From NCBI GenBank assembly GCA_003565735.1, contig PXBB01000108.1:15118-79117 (forward strand): a DNA stretch of 64,000 bases, read 5' to 3'. The first letter of the stretch is position 1. The number at the start of each line of letters is the position of its first letter. This document shows, piece after piece, positions 36,901 through 46,515 of this stretch. The notes under the pieces were generated by a model. It ran no database searches. It was given only the letters and a program-made list of their open reading frames with translations, and was not told the origin of the DNA. Origin of the DNA: Bacteroidales bacterium. Lineage in GTDB: Bacteria; Bacteroidota; Bacteroidia; Bacteroidales; PXBB01. The translations under genes were made by a program, and so were the position numbers.

Positions 36901-38903
36901 TGGAAGGCATTGGCAGAGACAGGCAGTCCGCTGGTTCCGCCAAAACCATTAACGGCGCCACCCCAGCCTGAAAGATAAATATTGTTGCATAAATCTACCA
37001 GAAAAGCTGTTGGTGAGATATTTGGCACCCCACCACCGGTACCGAATGCTGTTGACCATATCACCGTATCCAGATGGCTCCCCAGCTTACTAATAAACTG
37101 CCCACCATTAGGCATAGACCATAAAGCATTCTGAATAAAGGTGTTGCCAGTTGCCTCTGTTTGACCAAAAACATAAATATAGCCCTCCTTATCTCTTTCC
37201 ACAAAATATATCTGGTCATATTCATCAGAACCAAAGTAAGTGGCGTATAGTATGCTGTGTCCGTTTTTATGAATCTTTGCAATAAAGCCGTCACAACTAC
37301 CTCCCTGAAATGTAGGATTAAGAGCATTTGCTGTGGTGGGGAAGTTGTTAGAACTTGTGCCTCCTGCTACATAAATATGACCTTCATCATTGTCCATGGT
37401 TATGCTATAGACAGCATCATTACCACTACCCCCAATGAAAGAGCTCCAAATAATTGTGCTGAGCTCATTGTCAAGTTTAACGATAAGCCCATCTTGTAAC
37501 CCTCCACCGAAAGTGGATTGAAAAGCCCCACTGGTGACAGGAAAATCGGCCGACTGAGTGCTGGAAACAATCCAGCAGTTGTTGTTGTTATCAAGGAAAA
37601 CTTCACCCCGCGCTTCATCAGCATAATTGTATCTTAATGGAGATGCTGTACTAAGCCCGTCATTGCTTGTGCCCCCTAGATAAGTAGATGCTAAAAGTGC
37701 TGTTCCATCCGCATTAAAACGTGTTACAATAATATCAGAACCATTGCTGTAATCAATAGCATGAGTCATAATATAGGGTGTGCCGCCGTTAAAAGTGGTA
37801 TCGTAAGCATTAGGTGTGACAGGAAAATCGCTTGAGCCGGTAGTACCGAAAACAAACAGCTCATTATTGTTGTTTACAAATATACTGTGTGGAATTTCGG
37901 GACCATTACCGCCTAAATGTGTTGAGTATATGAGTGAAGAACCAGTTGTGTCGAACTTGGTAATTGAAATATCGCAATAAGGGCCTCCAAAAGTTTGCTG
38001 AAAAGCACCTGTGGTAAAAGGATAGCCTAAACCCATGGATATACCGGCAGTATAAACAAAACCTTCATAGTCATAAGTTGCCGTATATCCCCAGTTGTCC
38101 GTTGTTGAACCGGTGTAGGTTGAAAATACAAGAACAGGGTCAATAATCAGTTCATAATCTTTATTGTAGCCCCTTGGCAACGAAAATTTTACAGTATTAT
38201 CTTTAAGTATAAAACGTGAAGGAACTTCTACGGTATCGTTATCTATTATCTGATAGCTGAACGGCTTTAGTTCTGTGACTCTGTTAAACGAATTTTGAAT
38301 GTTTAAATGACCACGGTAGCTTATATTCAAATCATCCTGCCCTGTATAAACCAAGGCAATATCATTAGGGTTGCCACCTGGTTTGACAACAAAGTCATAT
38401 TTCAGATATTGACCCTCCTCATAAAAAATCAGATCAATATGATTGTAAAGTTCATGATAATGGACTTTGTCATACCTTCTGACACCAGAAGCCCAGCGGC
38501 TTCTGTCATTACCTATGTAATAGTTGATATAATCGCTCGATGGGTTATAAGCTGTTGTAATTACATTATCATTGGCACCTTTAAAGTCCATCCTGTAGGC
38601 ATGGTAATCTATTACTAAAGAAGGCTTCCCCAGACGTTCTTTTTTTTCGGGCGGTGCCAGCTTGTATTGCATAATACGATCTACAGCCCGACGGTCCTCA
38701 AAAAAAAAGGTTACACCTTTATTCTCCAGAAATACTGCCGTACTTGAAAGTTCAACTTTATAACGTATATGCGGTTCCCATTGATTTTTATTTTCAATAA
38801 AACTGATAATTCCTTCGCAACAGTTATCAATAGTTCTTTGAGCAAAAGCTGAGCTCAGAAATACGAGTGTTATTAAAAATTTTAATACTATAACTTTTAG
38901 CAT
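33996..38903 (-). CDS. Giant T9SS type-B cargo (SprB-repeat adhesin-like; gliding-motility-associated C-terminal domain)
   Basis: About 1635 aa with signal peptide MLKVIVLKFLITLVFLSSAFAQ. The track start at 38912 is GTG; ATG is at 38903. The protein has SBBP-type beta-propeller repeats (GG.GND..YSI..D..G.IYV.G.T.S.NFPTT), a PKD-like domain (FWDFGDANNSTDYNPTHTY), five SprB repeats and a type-B CTD. Confidence 0.85.
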   Translation of the reverse strand: MLKVIVLKFLITLVFLSSAFAQRTIDNCCEGIISFIENKNQWEPHIRYKVELSSTAVFLENKGVTFFFEDRRAVDRIMQYKLAPPEKKERLGKPSLVIDYHAYRMDFKGANDNVITTAYNPSSDYINYYIGNDRSRWASGVRRYDKVHYHELYNHIDLIFYEEGQYLKYDFVVKPGGNPNDIALVYTGQDDLNISYRGHLNIQNSFNRVTELKPFSYQIIDNDTVEVPSRFILKDNTVKFSLPRGYNKDYELIIDPVLVFSTYTGSTTDNWGYTATYDYEGFVYTAGISMGLGYPFTTGAFQQTFGGPYCDISITKFDTTGSSLIYSTHLGGNGPEIPHSIFVNNNNELFVFGTTGSSDFPVTPNAYDTTFNGGTPYIMTHAIDYSNGSDIIVTRFNADGTALLASTYLGGTSNDGLSTASPLRYNYADEARGEVFLDNNNNCWIVSSTQSADFPVTSGAFQSTFGGGLQDGLIVKLDNELSTIIWSSFIGGSGNDAVYSITMDNDEGHIYVAGGTSSNNFPTTANALNPTFQGGSCDGFIAKIHKNGHSILYATYFGSDEYDQIYFVERDKEGYIYVFGQTEATGNTFIQNALWSMPNGGQFISKLGSHLDTVIWSTAFGTGGGVPNISPTAFLVDLCNNIYLSGWGGAVNGFGGTSGLPVSANAFQSTTNNNDFYLLVITDDASSLVYATYFGGAISNDHVDGGTSRFDKRGVIYQSMCAGCGGHSDTPTTPGAWSQTNNSHNCNNAVFKMDFGIPVTIADFNVPPILCAPATITFNNTSTTSGAGVNVFWDFGDANNSTDYNPTHTYLNSGIYSVMLAVTDTGACNYTDTIVKQIVVLSNTVDTLPNDTICFGDFTQIGIPPLPDPNTTYQWTPATGLSHTGVPNPIASPLSTTNYMLLVDNGVCVDSLFKKVVVDDLTVFAGNDTTMCAGDNITLTAQANQNVKYFLWSSNPQFTDTLNAFPASPNYSFNPVSDGFYYVKVANNNCTAIDSVKVRISHVDISTQTPVKICLGDTTQLSVSNLNPTNPLTYAWSPLQQIISGATTNQPTVSPQQNTTFIVTVTDTLGCMATMQVVVDVVELFAGATIDDDPCYQQCSGSINVTASGGDAPYAYLWSNGQMTQTAINLCAGSYSVSITDANNCSVVETYTVNEPPQLLVTVVDTTHVSCNGICDGEITVAALGGTPPYSYSWISGPTTPTITGLCAGTYTVTVTDDNNCVENQSVIIQDTSTLDVTVQQEPATCFGYCDGTAELIPSGGTPPYTYQWHTGYTGSHHNNLCAGTYSITVSDSEGCLRNVYAIIEEPYDIMVDVAIISHPSCHNYCDGEVFVAIGGGTEPYSVVWSNGSSGYHVDDLCSGYSVFTITDAQGCVFIDSVYLENPLPILLDISATNVPCEEVCNATAIVTASGEFPPFTYLWHDGQVNDTAVGLCYGNNYVTVTDSLNCTEQISIFVNDSSVVPPDFMIYAENDTIFYGQTTQIWATELDNYTYLWHPFTGLNNPYVHNPRASPKETTTYILTYTDPWGCVYRDTITIYVAEIICDESNVFVPNAFSPNDDNYNDVLYVRGVVIDEIYFAVFNRWGEKVFETRSMQKGWDGTYKGRMSEPGVYVYYLEVVCVDEQEFRTQGNVTLLR
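33999..34271 (-). other. T9SS type-B C-terminal sorting domain (TIGR04131-like)
   Basis: VFVPNAFSPNDDNYNDVLYVRG...FAVFNRWGEKVFE...GWDGTYKG...PGVYVYYLEV...GNVTLLR. Confidence 0.8.
34533..35633 (-). repeat. Five tandem SprB repeats (about 65-75 aa, roughly 200-225 nt each) inside the cargo gene
   Basis: The repeated pattern is C-x2-3-C-x-G/A-x-h-x-V-x4-GG-x-xPY-x-Y-x-W...LC-AG-x-Y-x-V-x-V-TD-x-x-x-C. Examples: CNGICDGEITVAALGGTPPYSYSW...LCAGTYTVTVTDDNNC and CFGYCDGTAELIPSGGTPPYTYQW.... Confidence 0.75.
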
Positions 38904-38918
38904 GTCAGGCACCTCAAA

Positions 38919-39012
38919 TTGTTAAATAGCAAATTTATGTTTTTTCACACAATTAAGACGTATAAATTTGTAGAAAGTTGTTAAAAAAAAACATTTTTCT
39001 GCTATTTAACAA
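38919..39012. repeat. 13-bp perfect inverted repeat bracketing a 68-bp promoter-like segment upstream of the T9SS cargo gene
   Basis: ttgttaaatagca (38919-38931) pairs with tgctatttaacaa (39000-39012). A TAAATTTG box lies on the plus strand at 38963-38970. Another lies on the minus strand at 38930-38937 and overlaps the left arm. Confidence 0.6.
38930..38937 (-). promoter_or_regulatory. Candidate -7 promoter box (TAnnTTTG) for the T9SS cargo gene
   Basis: The minus-strand taaatttg lies 26 nt upstream of ATG 38903. Confidence 0.4.
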
Positions 39013-39046
39013 AAATGAGTGTCAAAAAAAAATTATGGGAAAGCTT

Positions 39047-40585
39047 TTAAAAGAATAATGCATAAGCTATTCCAATTACCCCAATAGCAGCCAGTGTATA
39101 AACAATTTTAGAGGGCATGATACCATTATTTTCAACCGTACGCCCAAAAATTCCGAAAACAATAGGGTGTACTAAAAAGGGCATTGCAAAAATAAAAGCA
39201 ATAAGGCCTGCGGCACCGGGCCCAAACATACCTTCTTGTATTGCAGCAAATAAACCGAAATGCGATATAGCTGATGTATTGGCCATAACGGCATCGTTTA
39301 GTGGCATACCGCTTAGAGTAAGAATAATTAAACCACCAAAAACAGCTACCAGCTGCCATCCTAAAGAAAAAACCATCAAGCCTCTTATTTCAAGATTGTG
39401 ATTGTTATGTGCTTTTCTTAAAATGATTAGTGCTAAAATAGTAAGCACTATACCAATAGCAACAACCAAACTTGTTTGCCAAAAAAGTAATGCCCCTGAC
39501 GAAGCACTGGCTGCAAGAATAGAAAAAACAAAAATATGACCTATGAAAGGGATGTTTATCATAATAGGGGCACGAAATTGAGCATCTTTACCAAGGTCGC
39601 CGGCCGTACAGGCACCTGTAATACCCGAATGACTCAACGAGCCGGCCATACCGGGTGCCAGGTTTCTGATATGGTTAGCCTTGCCCAGCCATATCAATAT
39701 GGATAAACCTCCAAACATCCACAGCAATTGCCCAAATAAACCAAAAGATAAAACAGAGGTCATACCCGTTAACGCAAAAGCCTCTGCTATTCTTGAACCA
39801 CCGACCATAAAGTTAGCTGCCAATACTATGGGAATACCTGCAAAAAGTAAACAACGTATGGTTGGGCCAAAACTCCAACGCCAGAAAATCATTCCCGTCA
39901 TAACAGAAATAACCATCGCAAAAAATATTTCAGGCAAACGTAGCAGTGTGCTTATGTATTGAGCAAAATAGAAAGAAAGGACAAGTATTCCGGTTATTAT
40001 TGCCGTTTCAATGATACCTTTTCTGATGTACTTCGATTTGTTTTCTATTTTGGCGCGATAGTCGATCAGAACGATGGAAACAACCAGACCCAAATAACCA
40101 ATTAAAGGATAATACTGATCTAAAGGCTCCCCTTTATCATAACCAATAATTACACGTTTCATTGATTCGATTCCAATAAGCACGAAAAAACTCCTGATAA
40201 GAAACATAAACTCAGTAAACTTTGTTCCCAGAAACATCTCTTCCTTAGCAGGAACCACTGCATCTGCTATGTCAATTTTTTTTTGATGTATTAGCTTACG
40301 AATCTCTTGCCCTCCCACGAAAAAGGAAGCTATCAAGGCTGTAACGGTTACTTTACTGGTAAACCCAATGATTGGATATTCTTCCAGGCCAGGCGTTGCC
40401 ATACCTGTACTTACCAAAACGTAGCCCATGATAAGGCCAAATACAACAATTATTAAAATGGGTGAATACCTCGTGCCTGCAACGAAGGTCCGGGACACCA
40501 AAACCATTGAAACTACCAGCATAAATGTTAACCACAACTGATTTAACACATATATTCCTGCTATCTGATCGGCAAATGCTTCCAT
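39047..40585 (-). CDS. Polytopic integral membrane protein, putative transporter (family not recognised)
   Basis: About 512 aa with 12 or more hydrophobic segments. The track start at 40606 is TTG, and the first ATG is at 40585. Confidence 0.6.
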   Translation of the reverse strand: MEAFADQIAGIYVLNQLWLTFMLVVSMVLVSRTFVAGTRYSPILIIVVFGLIMGYVLVSTGMATPGLEEYPIIGFTSKVTVTALIASFFVGGQEIRKLIHQKKIDIADAVVPAKEEMFLGTKFTEFMFLIRSFFVLIGIESMKRVIIGYDKGEPLDQYYPLIGYLGLVVSIVLIDYRAKIENKSKYIRKGIIETAIITGILVLSFYFAQYISTLLRLPEIFFAMVISVMTGMIFWRWSFGPTIRCLLFAGIPIVLAANFMVGGSRIAEAFALTGMTSVLSFGLFGQLLWMFGGLSILIWLGKANHIRNLAPGMAGSLSHSGITGACTAGDLGKDAQFRAPIMINIPFIGHIFVFSILAASASSGALLFWQTSLVVAIGIVLTILALIILRKAHNNHNLEIRGLMVFSLGWQLVAVFGGLIILTLSGMPLNDAVMANTSAISHFGLFAAIQEGMFGPGAAGLIAFIFAMPFLVHPIVFGIFGRTVENNGIMPSKIVYTLAAIGVIGIAYALFF

Positions 40586-40787
40586 AAACTTCTTTGTATT
40601 TATCAATGAATTTGCAAAAATAATTATTTATGTTATAAATTTTAAATATTCTTCAACCTTAGCCTGTATTGATCTTGCTTTTAAAAATATAACTACAGAG
40701 TTTTTGATATGGCGTACTGTTTCAGTAATTTCACTATCAACGAAATCTTTTAGGTTATTTTATACTGGATAGATTGATTTTTTTCAA

Positions 40788-40795
40788 TAAATTTG
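40788..40795 (+). promoter_or_regulatory. Candidate -7 promoter box (TAnnTTTG)
   Basis: taaatttg lies 22 nt upstream of ATG 40818. Confidence 0.4.
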
Positions 40796-40817
40796 CGCTT
40801 GTAATTAATATTTTAAA

Positions 40818-42725
40818 ATGAGTGATAATATTAAACATGAGTGTGGTATCGCAATGATACGCTTGTTAAAGCCCCTGGAGTACTATCGTTCTAAATATGG
40901 GACATCTTTGTATGCGCTTAATAAGCTTTACCTGCTCATGGAAAAGCAGCATAACAGAGGTCAGGATGGCGCAGGTTTAGCTTGTATAAAACTTGACATG
41001 AAACCCGGCCAAAAATATCTCAACCGTAAACGTTCGAATTCTAATACCCCTATAAAAGATATTTTTGAAAGCATTTTTAAGCACATCGATAAACAGTCAG
41101 CTGGTAATATAGAGCGCATAAATGATATTAATTGGCTCAAGGAAAATACAGACTTTTGTGGTGAACTATACCTGGGACATTTACGCTATGGTACTTTTGG
41201 AAAAAATAAAATTGAATACTGCCATCCGCTTTTTCGGGAAAACTATTGGCAATCAAAAAATCTGGTAATAGCCGGTAATTTTAATCTTACTAATGTAAAC
41301 GAATTATTTGAAAGACTTGTACAAATAGGGCAGCACCCGATAGAAACATCAGATACGGTTACTGTTCTTGAAAAAATTGGTCATTTCCTTGATGATGCTA
41401 ACGAGAAGCTTTACAGACATTATAAAAAACAAGGTTTTTCCAAAAAAGATATTTCACCATTGATAGCTGAAAATATCAACATTCATGAAATACTGACCAA
41501 AGCATCTAAAAACTGGGATGGGGGATACGTTATTGGTGGTATGTTAGGCCATGGAGATGCTTTTGTTATGCGCGACCCGTCCGGTATCCGCCCGGCTTAT
41601 TACTATAAGGATGATGAAGTTGTTGTCGTTGCCTCTGAAAGACCAGCCATGCAAACTGCTTTTAACATAGAACTGGACAATATTCAGGAACTTGAAGCCG
41701 GACATAGCCTTATAATTAAAAAAAGTGGTAAATGCCATGTGTTGGAGTATCAAAAACCTGGCATCAAAAGACCATGTTCTTTTGAAAGAATTTATTTTTC
41801 GAGAGGCACCGATTCAGATATTTATAAAGAACGCAAAAAACTAGGAGCACTCTTAGCACCCGCTGTACTCAGAGCCATAAACTACGACCTTGATAATACC
41901 GTCTTTTCTTACATCCCAAACACAGCAGGCTCTGCTTTCTATGGCCTTATTGATGCATTAAATAACTTTTTGAATGATGTAAAAAAAGATTTAATTATAA
42001 ATAATAAAGACCACTTAACTGAAGATAAAATAACAGACATCTTAAACAAAAAAGTACGCGTTGAAAAAGTAGCTGTTAAAGATGTTAAACTCCGCACTTT
42101 TATTACGCAGGACAACTCCAGAGATGATCTTGTAGCCCATGTTTATGATATTACATATGGCACTGTACGCGAAAATATTGACAACCTTGTAGTTATTGAC
42201 GATTCCATTGTACGGGGCACGACTCTTAAACAAAGTATCTTAAAAATTCTTTCGCGCTTAAAGCCCAAGAGGATAATTATCGCTTCATCAGCACCACAAA
42301 TACGTTACCCTGATTGCTATGGTATTGATATGACCAAACTGAATGATTTTGTTGCTTTTAGAGCAGCTATCGAGCTTCTTAAGGAAACAAAGCAAGAGTT
42401 TATCATCAACGAAGTTTATAATAAATGCGTATCTCAACAGCATTTGCCAAAAGAAGAAATTGAAAATCATGTAAAACTGATTTATAAAAATTTAAAAACT
42501 GAGCAAATAGCCGATAAAATAGCTCAAATGGTTACAGATAAAGATTTGAAAACAAATGTGAAAATTATTTATCAAACAATAGAAGATTTACACGATGCCT
42601 GCCCGGCACATAAAGGCGATTGGTATTTTACGGGTAACTATCCGACACCTGGAGGTAATAAAGTAATAAATCAGGCATTTATTAACTTTATTCTTGGGAA
42701 AAAAGACAGACCCTACGGCATTTAA
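40818..42725 (+). CDS. purF: Amidophosphoribosyltransferase (long Bacteroidota-type PurF-like)
   Basis: An N-terminal propeptide is followed by the nucleophile Cys (MSDNIKHECGIAMIRL), as in class II glutamine amidotransferases. PRPP-binding motif LVVIDDSIVRGTT. Confidence 0.8.
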   Translation: MSDNIKHECGIAMIRLLKPLEYYRSKYGTSLYALNKLYLLMEKQHNRGQDGAGLACIKLDMKPGQKYLNRKRSNSNTPIKDIFESIFKHIDKQSAGNIERINDINWLKENTDFCGELYLGHLRYGTFGKNKIEYCHPLFRENYWQSKNLVIAGNFNLTNVNELFERLVQIGQHPIETSDTVTVLEKIGHFLDDANEKLYRHYKKQGFSKKDISPLIAENINIHEILTKASKNWDGGYVIGGMLGHGDAFVMRDPSGIRPAYYYKDDEVVVVASERPAMQTAFNIELDNIQELEAGHSLIIKKSGKCHVLEYQKPGIKRPCSFERIYFSRGTDSDIYKERKKLGALLAPAVLRAINYDLDNTVFSYIPNTAGSAFYGLIDALNNFLNDVKKDLIINNKDHLTEDKITDILNKKVRVEKVAVKDVKLRTFITQDNSRDDLVAHVYDITYGTVRENIDNLVVIDDSIVRGTTLKQSILKILSRLKPKRIIIASSAPQIRYPDCYGIDMTKLNDFVAFRAAIELLKETKQEFIINEVYNKCVSQQHLPKEEIENHVKLIYKNLKTEQIADKIAQMVTDKDLKTNVKIIYQTIEDLHDACPAHKGDWYFTGNYPTPGGNKVINQAFINFILGKKDRPYGI

Positions 42726-42839
42726 TAACATGAAAAAACTCAAAACCATTGATTTGATATATTTTCCATAAAAATATAAATGTACATTATTGTTTCAAAC
42801 TAATAAACTGAATACCAAATTATTCAAATATTTTTAAAA

Positions 42840-44153
42840 ATGATTTATACAAAAAAACAAGAAATAATTTCCAAAAAAATAGACCCTAATTCAAACAAAG
42901 GAGACTGGAACAACTGGAAGTGGCAGTTAAAACACAGTATAAAAACTATTGAACAGTTTGAGTATCTTTCAGGTATAAAGTTGAGCGACAGCATCAAGGC
43001 ATCTATGAAGAAAACATTTGACCATTTTCCTTTATCTATTACACCTTATTATTTATCTGTTATTGATTTTAATAATTACGAGTTCGACCCTGTTTTTAAA
43101 CAGTCTTTTGGGACACCATCTGAACTTCAAGTGTTAAAATCAGACCATCAGGATCCACTGTCAGAGGACTCCGACAGCCCTGTAAAAGGTATTACTCACC
43201 GTTACCCTGACAGGGTGATGTTCCATATCAGTAATATATGTTCTATGTACTGTCGTCATTGTACACGAAAGCGCAAAGTAGGCGATGTTGACTGTATCCC
43301 TTCAAAAGTGGACTTATTAAAAGGTATCCAGTACATCACAGAAACCAAACAGGTAAGAGATGTATTATTATCCGGTGGCGACCCTTTAATGCTCCCGGAT
43401 GATATGCTGGAATGGGTGCTGCAAGAATTAACGAAAATACCTCACGTAGAAATTATTCGCATAGGTACACGTATGCCTGTGGTATTGCCATACCGAATTA
43501 CAGACGATTTGGTGAATATGCTGAGAAAATATAACCCTGTTTGGGTCAATACCCACTTCAACCATCCTAAAGAAATCACAACATCTTCGTGCCTTGCTCT
43601 TAAGAGGCTTGCTGATGGAGGTTTGCCTCTCGGAAATCAAAGTGTTTTACTTGCTGATGTTAACGATTGTCCTCGCATAATGAAATCCTTGCTTCATAAA
43701 CTGGTTCAAAACAGAGTGCGCCCATACTACCTTTATCAATGCGACTTATCGGAGGGCTTATCGCACTTCAGAACGCCGGTGGGAAAAGGTATAGAAATAA
43801 TGGAAAGCCTTATTGGTCATACCAGCGGCTTTGCAAGACCTACATATGTTATTGATGCGCCCGGCGGAGGTGGTAAAGTGCCGGTAATGCCCAACTACAT
43901 CATTTCGTGGTCAACCAATAAGGTCGTTTTGAGAAATTATGAAGGTGTCATAACTACTTATAAAGAACCGGATAGTTATGAAGCCCGTTTATGTGACAGA
44001 AATTGTGAAGATTGTAATCTTGAACTTAAGTTTGATGCCGACGAGGAAATTGCAGAATCAGGAATTAATGAACTTTTATCTGATGCTTCTGACCGTATTG
44101 CTTTAATTCCGGAAAATAATCCACGCTTAAAACGTAGAAAAAATGATGTATGA
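42840..44153 (+). CDS. ablA: Lysine 2,3-aminomutase (radical SAM, KamA/AblA family)
   Basis: Radical-SAM cluster motif [12 protein letters not shown], plus KamA-family blocks ([43 protein letters not shown]). Confidence 0.88.
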   Translation: MIYTKKQEIISKKIDPNSNKGDWNNWKWQLKHSIKTIEQFEYLSGIKLSDSIKASMKKTFDHFPLSITPYYLSVIDFNNYEFDPVFKQSFGTPSELQVLKSDHQDPLSEDSDSPVKGITHRYPDRVMFHISNICSMYCRHCTRKRKVGDVDCIPSKVDLLKGIQYITETKQVRDVLLSGGDPLMLPDDMLEWVLQELTKIPHVEIIRIGTRMPVVLPYRITDDLVNMLRKYNPVWVNTHFNHPKEITTSSCLALKRLADGGLPLGNQSVLLADVNDCPRIMKSLLHKLVQNRVRPYYLYQCDLSEGLSHFRTPVGKGIEIMESLIGHTSGFARPTYVIDAPGGGGKVPVMPNYIISWSTNKVVLRNYEGVITTYKEPDSYEARLCDRNCEDCNLELKFDADEEIAESGINELLSDASDRIALIPENNPRLKRRKNDV

Positions 44154-44982
44154 TATTGTAGAAAAAATTGGTAATAATACCCTAATACAGCATGGCAAGC
44201 TTAATGATCGCATATATCTGATGAAGCTTCATAATAATGATCAGCATGACATTATTAATGATTTAGAAACGCTTGCTGACAGAAAAGGATATTCTAAAAT
44301 ATTTTGCAAAATACCTGCTGCTTATGCACCATCATTTTTAGCTAAAGGTTTTATTACTGAAGCAATTATTCCGAAATTTTACAATTTTGAAGAGGACGCT
44401 TTTTTTATTTCAAAATTTACGCATAAAGATAGATTAGCAGGTTTGGAAAAAGAAAAATTGCTTGAATTCAGTAAACTTTTGAGAACCCATACCGTAGCTA
44501 AATCAAACTACCAGCTGGACAGTCATTTTTCGTACCGACTACTCAAACCCGAAGATGCCAGCGATATTGCAAATATCTACAAAGCTGTTTTTAAAAGCTA
44601 TCCTTTCCCTATTCATGAAGCAGATTATATAGAAAAAACAATGAAAGAAAATATTTTTTATTTTGGGATAACACATAATCAACAGTTGGTAGCTGTGTCC
44701 TCAGCTGAAACAGATAGTGGGTCCGGTAGTTGTGAAATGACCGACTTTGCTACACTGCCGGAATACAGGGGTAAAAAGCTGGCACAGATTCTACTCAATA
44801 TAATGGAAGATTATATTCTCAAAAAAAACTATAAAACTGTTTATACTATTGCAAGACTTCACTCTATACCAATGAATAAAACATTTTTCAATGCCGGCTA
44901 TAAGTATGCAGGTTCATTGCTGATGAACACCAATATTGGCGGTAAAATTGAAACCATGAATGTTTTATACAAACATCTATAA
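44143..44982 (+). CDS. ablB: Putative beta-lysine N6-acetyltransferase (GNAT, AblB-like)
   Basis: It overlaps the ablA stop by 11 nt. The N-terminal [18 protein letters not shown] and the C-terminal GNAT core ([16 protein letters not shown]) match my recollection of AblB-type proteins. Confidence 0.65.
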   Translation: MMYDIVEKIGNNTLIQHGKLNDRIYLMKLHNNDQHDIINDLETLADRKGYSKIFCKIPAAYAPSFLAKGFITEAIIPKFYNFEEDAFFISKFTHKDRLAGLEKEKLLEFSKLLRTHTVAKSNYQLDSHFSYRLLKPEDASDIANIYKAVFKSYPFPIHEADYIEKTMKENIFYFGITHNQQLVAVSSAETDSGSGSCEMTDFATLPEYRGKKLAQILLNIMEDYILKKNYKTVYTIARLHSIPMNKTFFNAGYKYAGSLLMNTNIGGKIETMNVLYKHL

Positions 44983-45072
44983 TGGCCACAAATTTTCTTA
45001 GATTTGCATGAAGTATCTTGTTATTTATAAAACGGACTTCTTTTTACCAGCAGTATCAACTAAGTTTGTATA

Positions 45073-46515
45073 ATGTTTTTTAAAAACAAAACCGGTAAGC
45101 CAGATATTTTAGAAGCTCTTATTCCTATAATTTTTTTGGTAGGCGCCTTATCATATAATGTTTTTGTGTTTAAGGATGATGCCTTACTGGGCTCAAACCA
45201 ATTAATATTATTAGTATCAGCAGCAGTAGCTGTAATATTAGGCTTTCGCAGACGTATAGGCTGGTCTGTTATGCAAAAGGGTATTGTAAGAAGTATCAGT
45301 ACCGCTTTACCGGCTATGCTTATTTTGCTTATGATTGGCGCCTTAGCTGGCACCTGGCTCATAAGCGGAATTGTGCCTTTCATGATATACTACGGTCTTC
45401 AGATACTCAACCCTGTTATTTTTTTGTTTGCTGCATGTATCGTTTGCAGCTTGGTTTCTATATTAACAGGTAGTTCATGGTCAACAGCTGCAACAGTTGG
45501 TATAGCATTGGTTGGTATTGGCCAGGCTTTAGGTATTCACGAAGGTCTCGTCGTCGGTGCTATCATATCTGGTGCATATTTTGGCGATAAAATGTCTCCT
45601 TTGTCAGATACCACTAATCTTGCAGCAGCTATGGCTGAGACAGAACTTTTTACGCATATAAAATATATGGCACTTACTACAGTACCATCCATAATAATAA
45701 CCCTTATTGCTTATCTTTTTATTGGGTTTTCTTTTACTGAAACTGACAGCCAGGTGAATGTCAACAATGTGTTATTATCTTTAGAAAACGTTTTTAACTT
45801 GCACTGGTCTTTATTAATAGTACCGTTTATGGTTATACTACTGATAATAAAAAAAGTTCCTGCTTTGCCTGTACTTTTTATTGGAACTATTTTAGGGGCT
45901 GTTTTCGCTGTGTGGCAGCAGCCAGAGGTTGTTACCAAAATAGGAGGGGAGGGCACGCTGTCGTTTAAAGCCATGTATAAAGGCACTATGAAAGCTATGT
46001 ACACAGATATTAGTATCACCACTGACAATGCTATTGTAAACCGTCTTTTGTCAACAGGGGGTATGTTTGGTATGCTCAATACCGTATGGCTGATTATTTG
46101 CGCTATGGTTTTCGGTGGCGCTATGGAGGCTACAGGTTTTCTGAAAAAAATATCGGAAAGCATATTAAAGCTTGTACGCTCACGAGGGTCTTTAATAGCA
46201 TCGACATCAGGAACATGTATGTTTTTCAATGTGACAGCCTCAGATCAATACCTGGCTATTGTCGTACCAGGTCGCATGTTTAAAAATATTTATAAAAAAC
46301 AAAATTTAAAACCTCAAAACTTAAGCAGAACTATAGAAGATAGCGGTACCGTTACATCAGTGCTTGTGCCGTGGAATACCTGCGGCGCAACACAAGCGTC
46401 TGTCCTGGGCGTGTCAACATTTATTTATGCGCCATATTGCTTCTTTAATATCCTTAGCCCTCTGATGACACTTTTTTATGGCTACTTTGGTATAAAAATA
46501 GCTAAAATTAAATAA
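45073..46515 (+). CDS. nhaC: Na+/H+ antiporter, NhaC family
   Basis: 480 aa, polytopic. The length and conserved blocks (SGAYFGDKMSPLSDTTNLA, VPWNTCG) are typical of NhaC. Confidence 0.8.
   Translation: MFFKNKTGKPDILEALIPIIFLVGALSYNVFVFKDDALLGSNQLILLVSAAVAVILGFRRRIGWSVMQKGIVRSISTALPAMLILLMIGALAGTWLISGIVPFMIYYGLQILNPVIFLFAACIVCSLVSILTGSSWSTAATVGIALVGIGQALGIHEGLVVGAIISGAYFGDKMSPLSDTTNLAAAMAETELFTHIKYMALTTVPSIIITLIAYLFIGFSFTETDSQVNVNNVLLSLENVFNLHWSLLIVPFMVILLIIKKVPALPVLFIGTILGAVFAVWQQPEVVTKIGGEGTLSFKAMYKGTMKAMYTDISITTDNAIVNRLLSTGGMFGMLNTVWLIICAMVFGGAMEATGFLKKISESILKLVRSRGSLIASTSGTCMFFNVTASDQYLAIVVPGRMFKNIYKKQNLKPQNLSRTIEDSGTVTSVLVPWNTCGATQASVLGVSTFIYAPYCFFNILSPLMTLFYGYFGIKIAKIK

Noticed and set aside
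34020-38618. Many 60-150-aa ORFs on either strand within the T9SS cargo gene
   Set aside because: All overlap a continuous 4.9-kb ORF that has clear domain content. They are frame or antisense artefacts of a repeat-rich gene.
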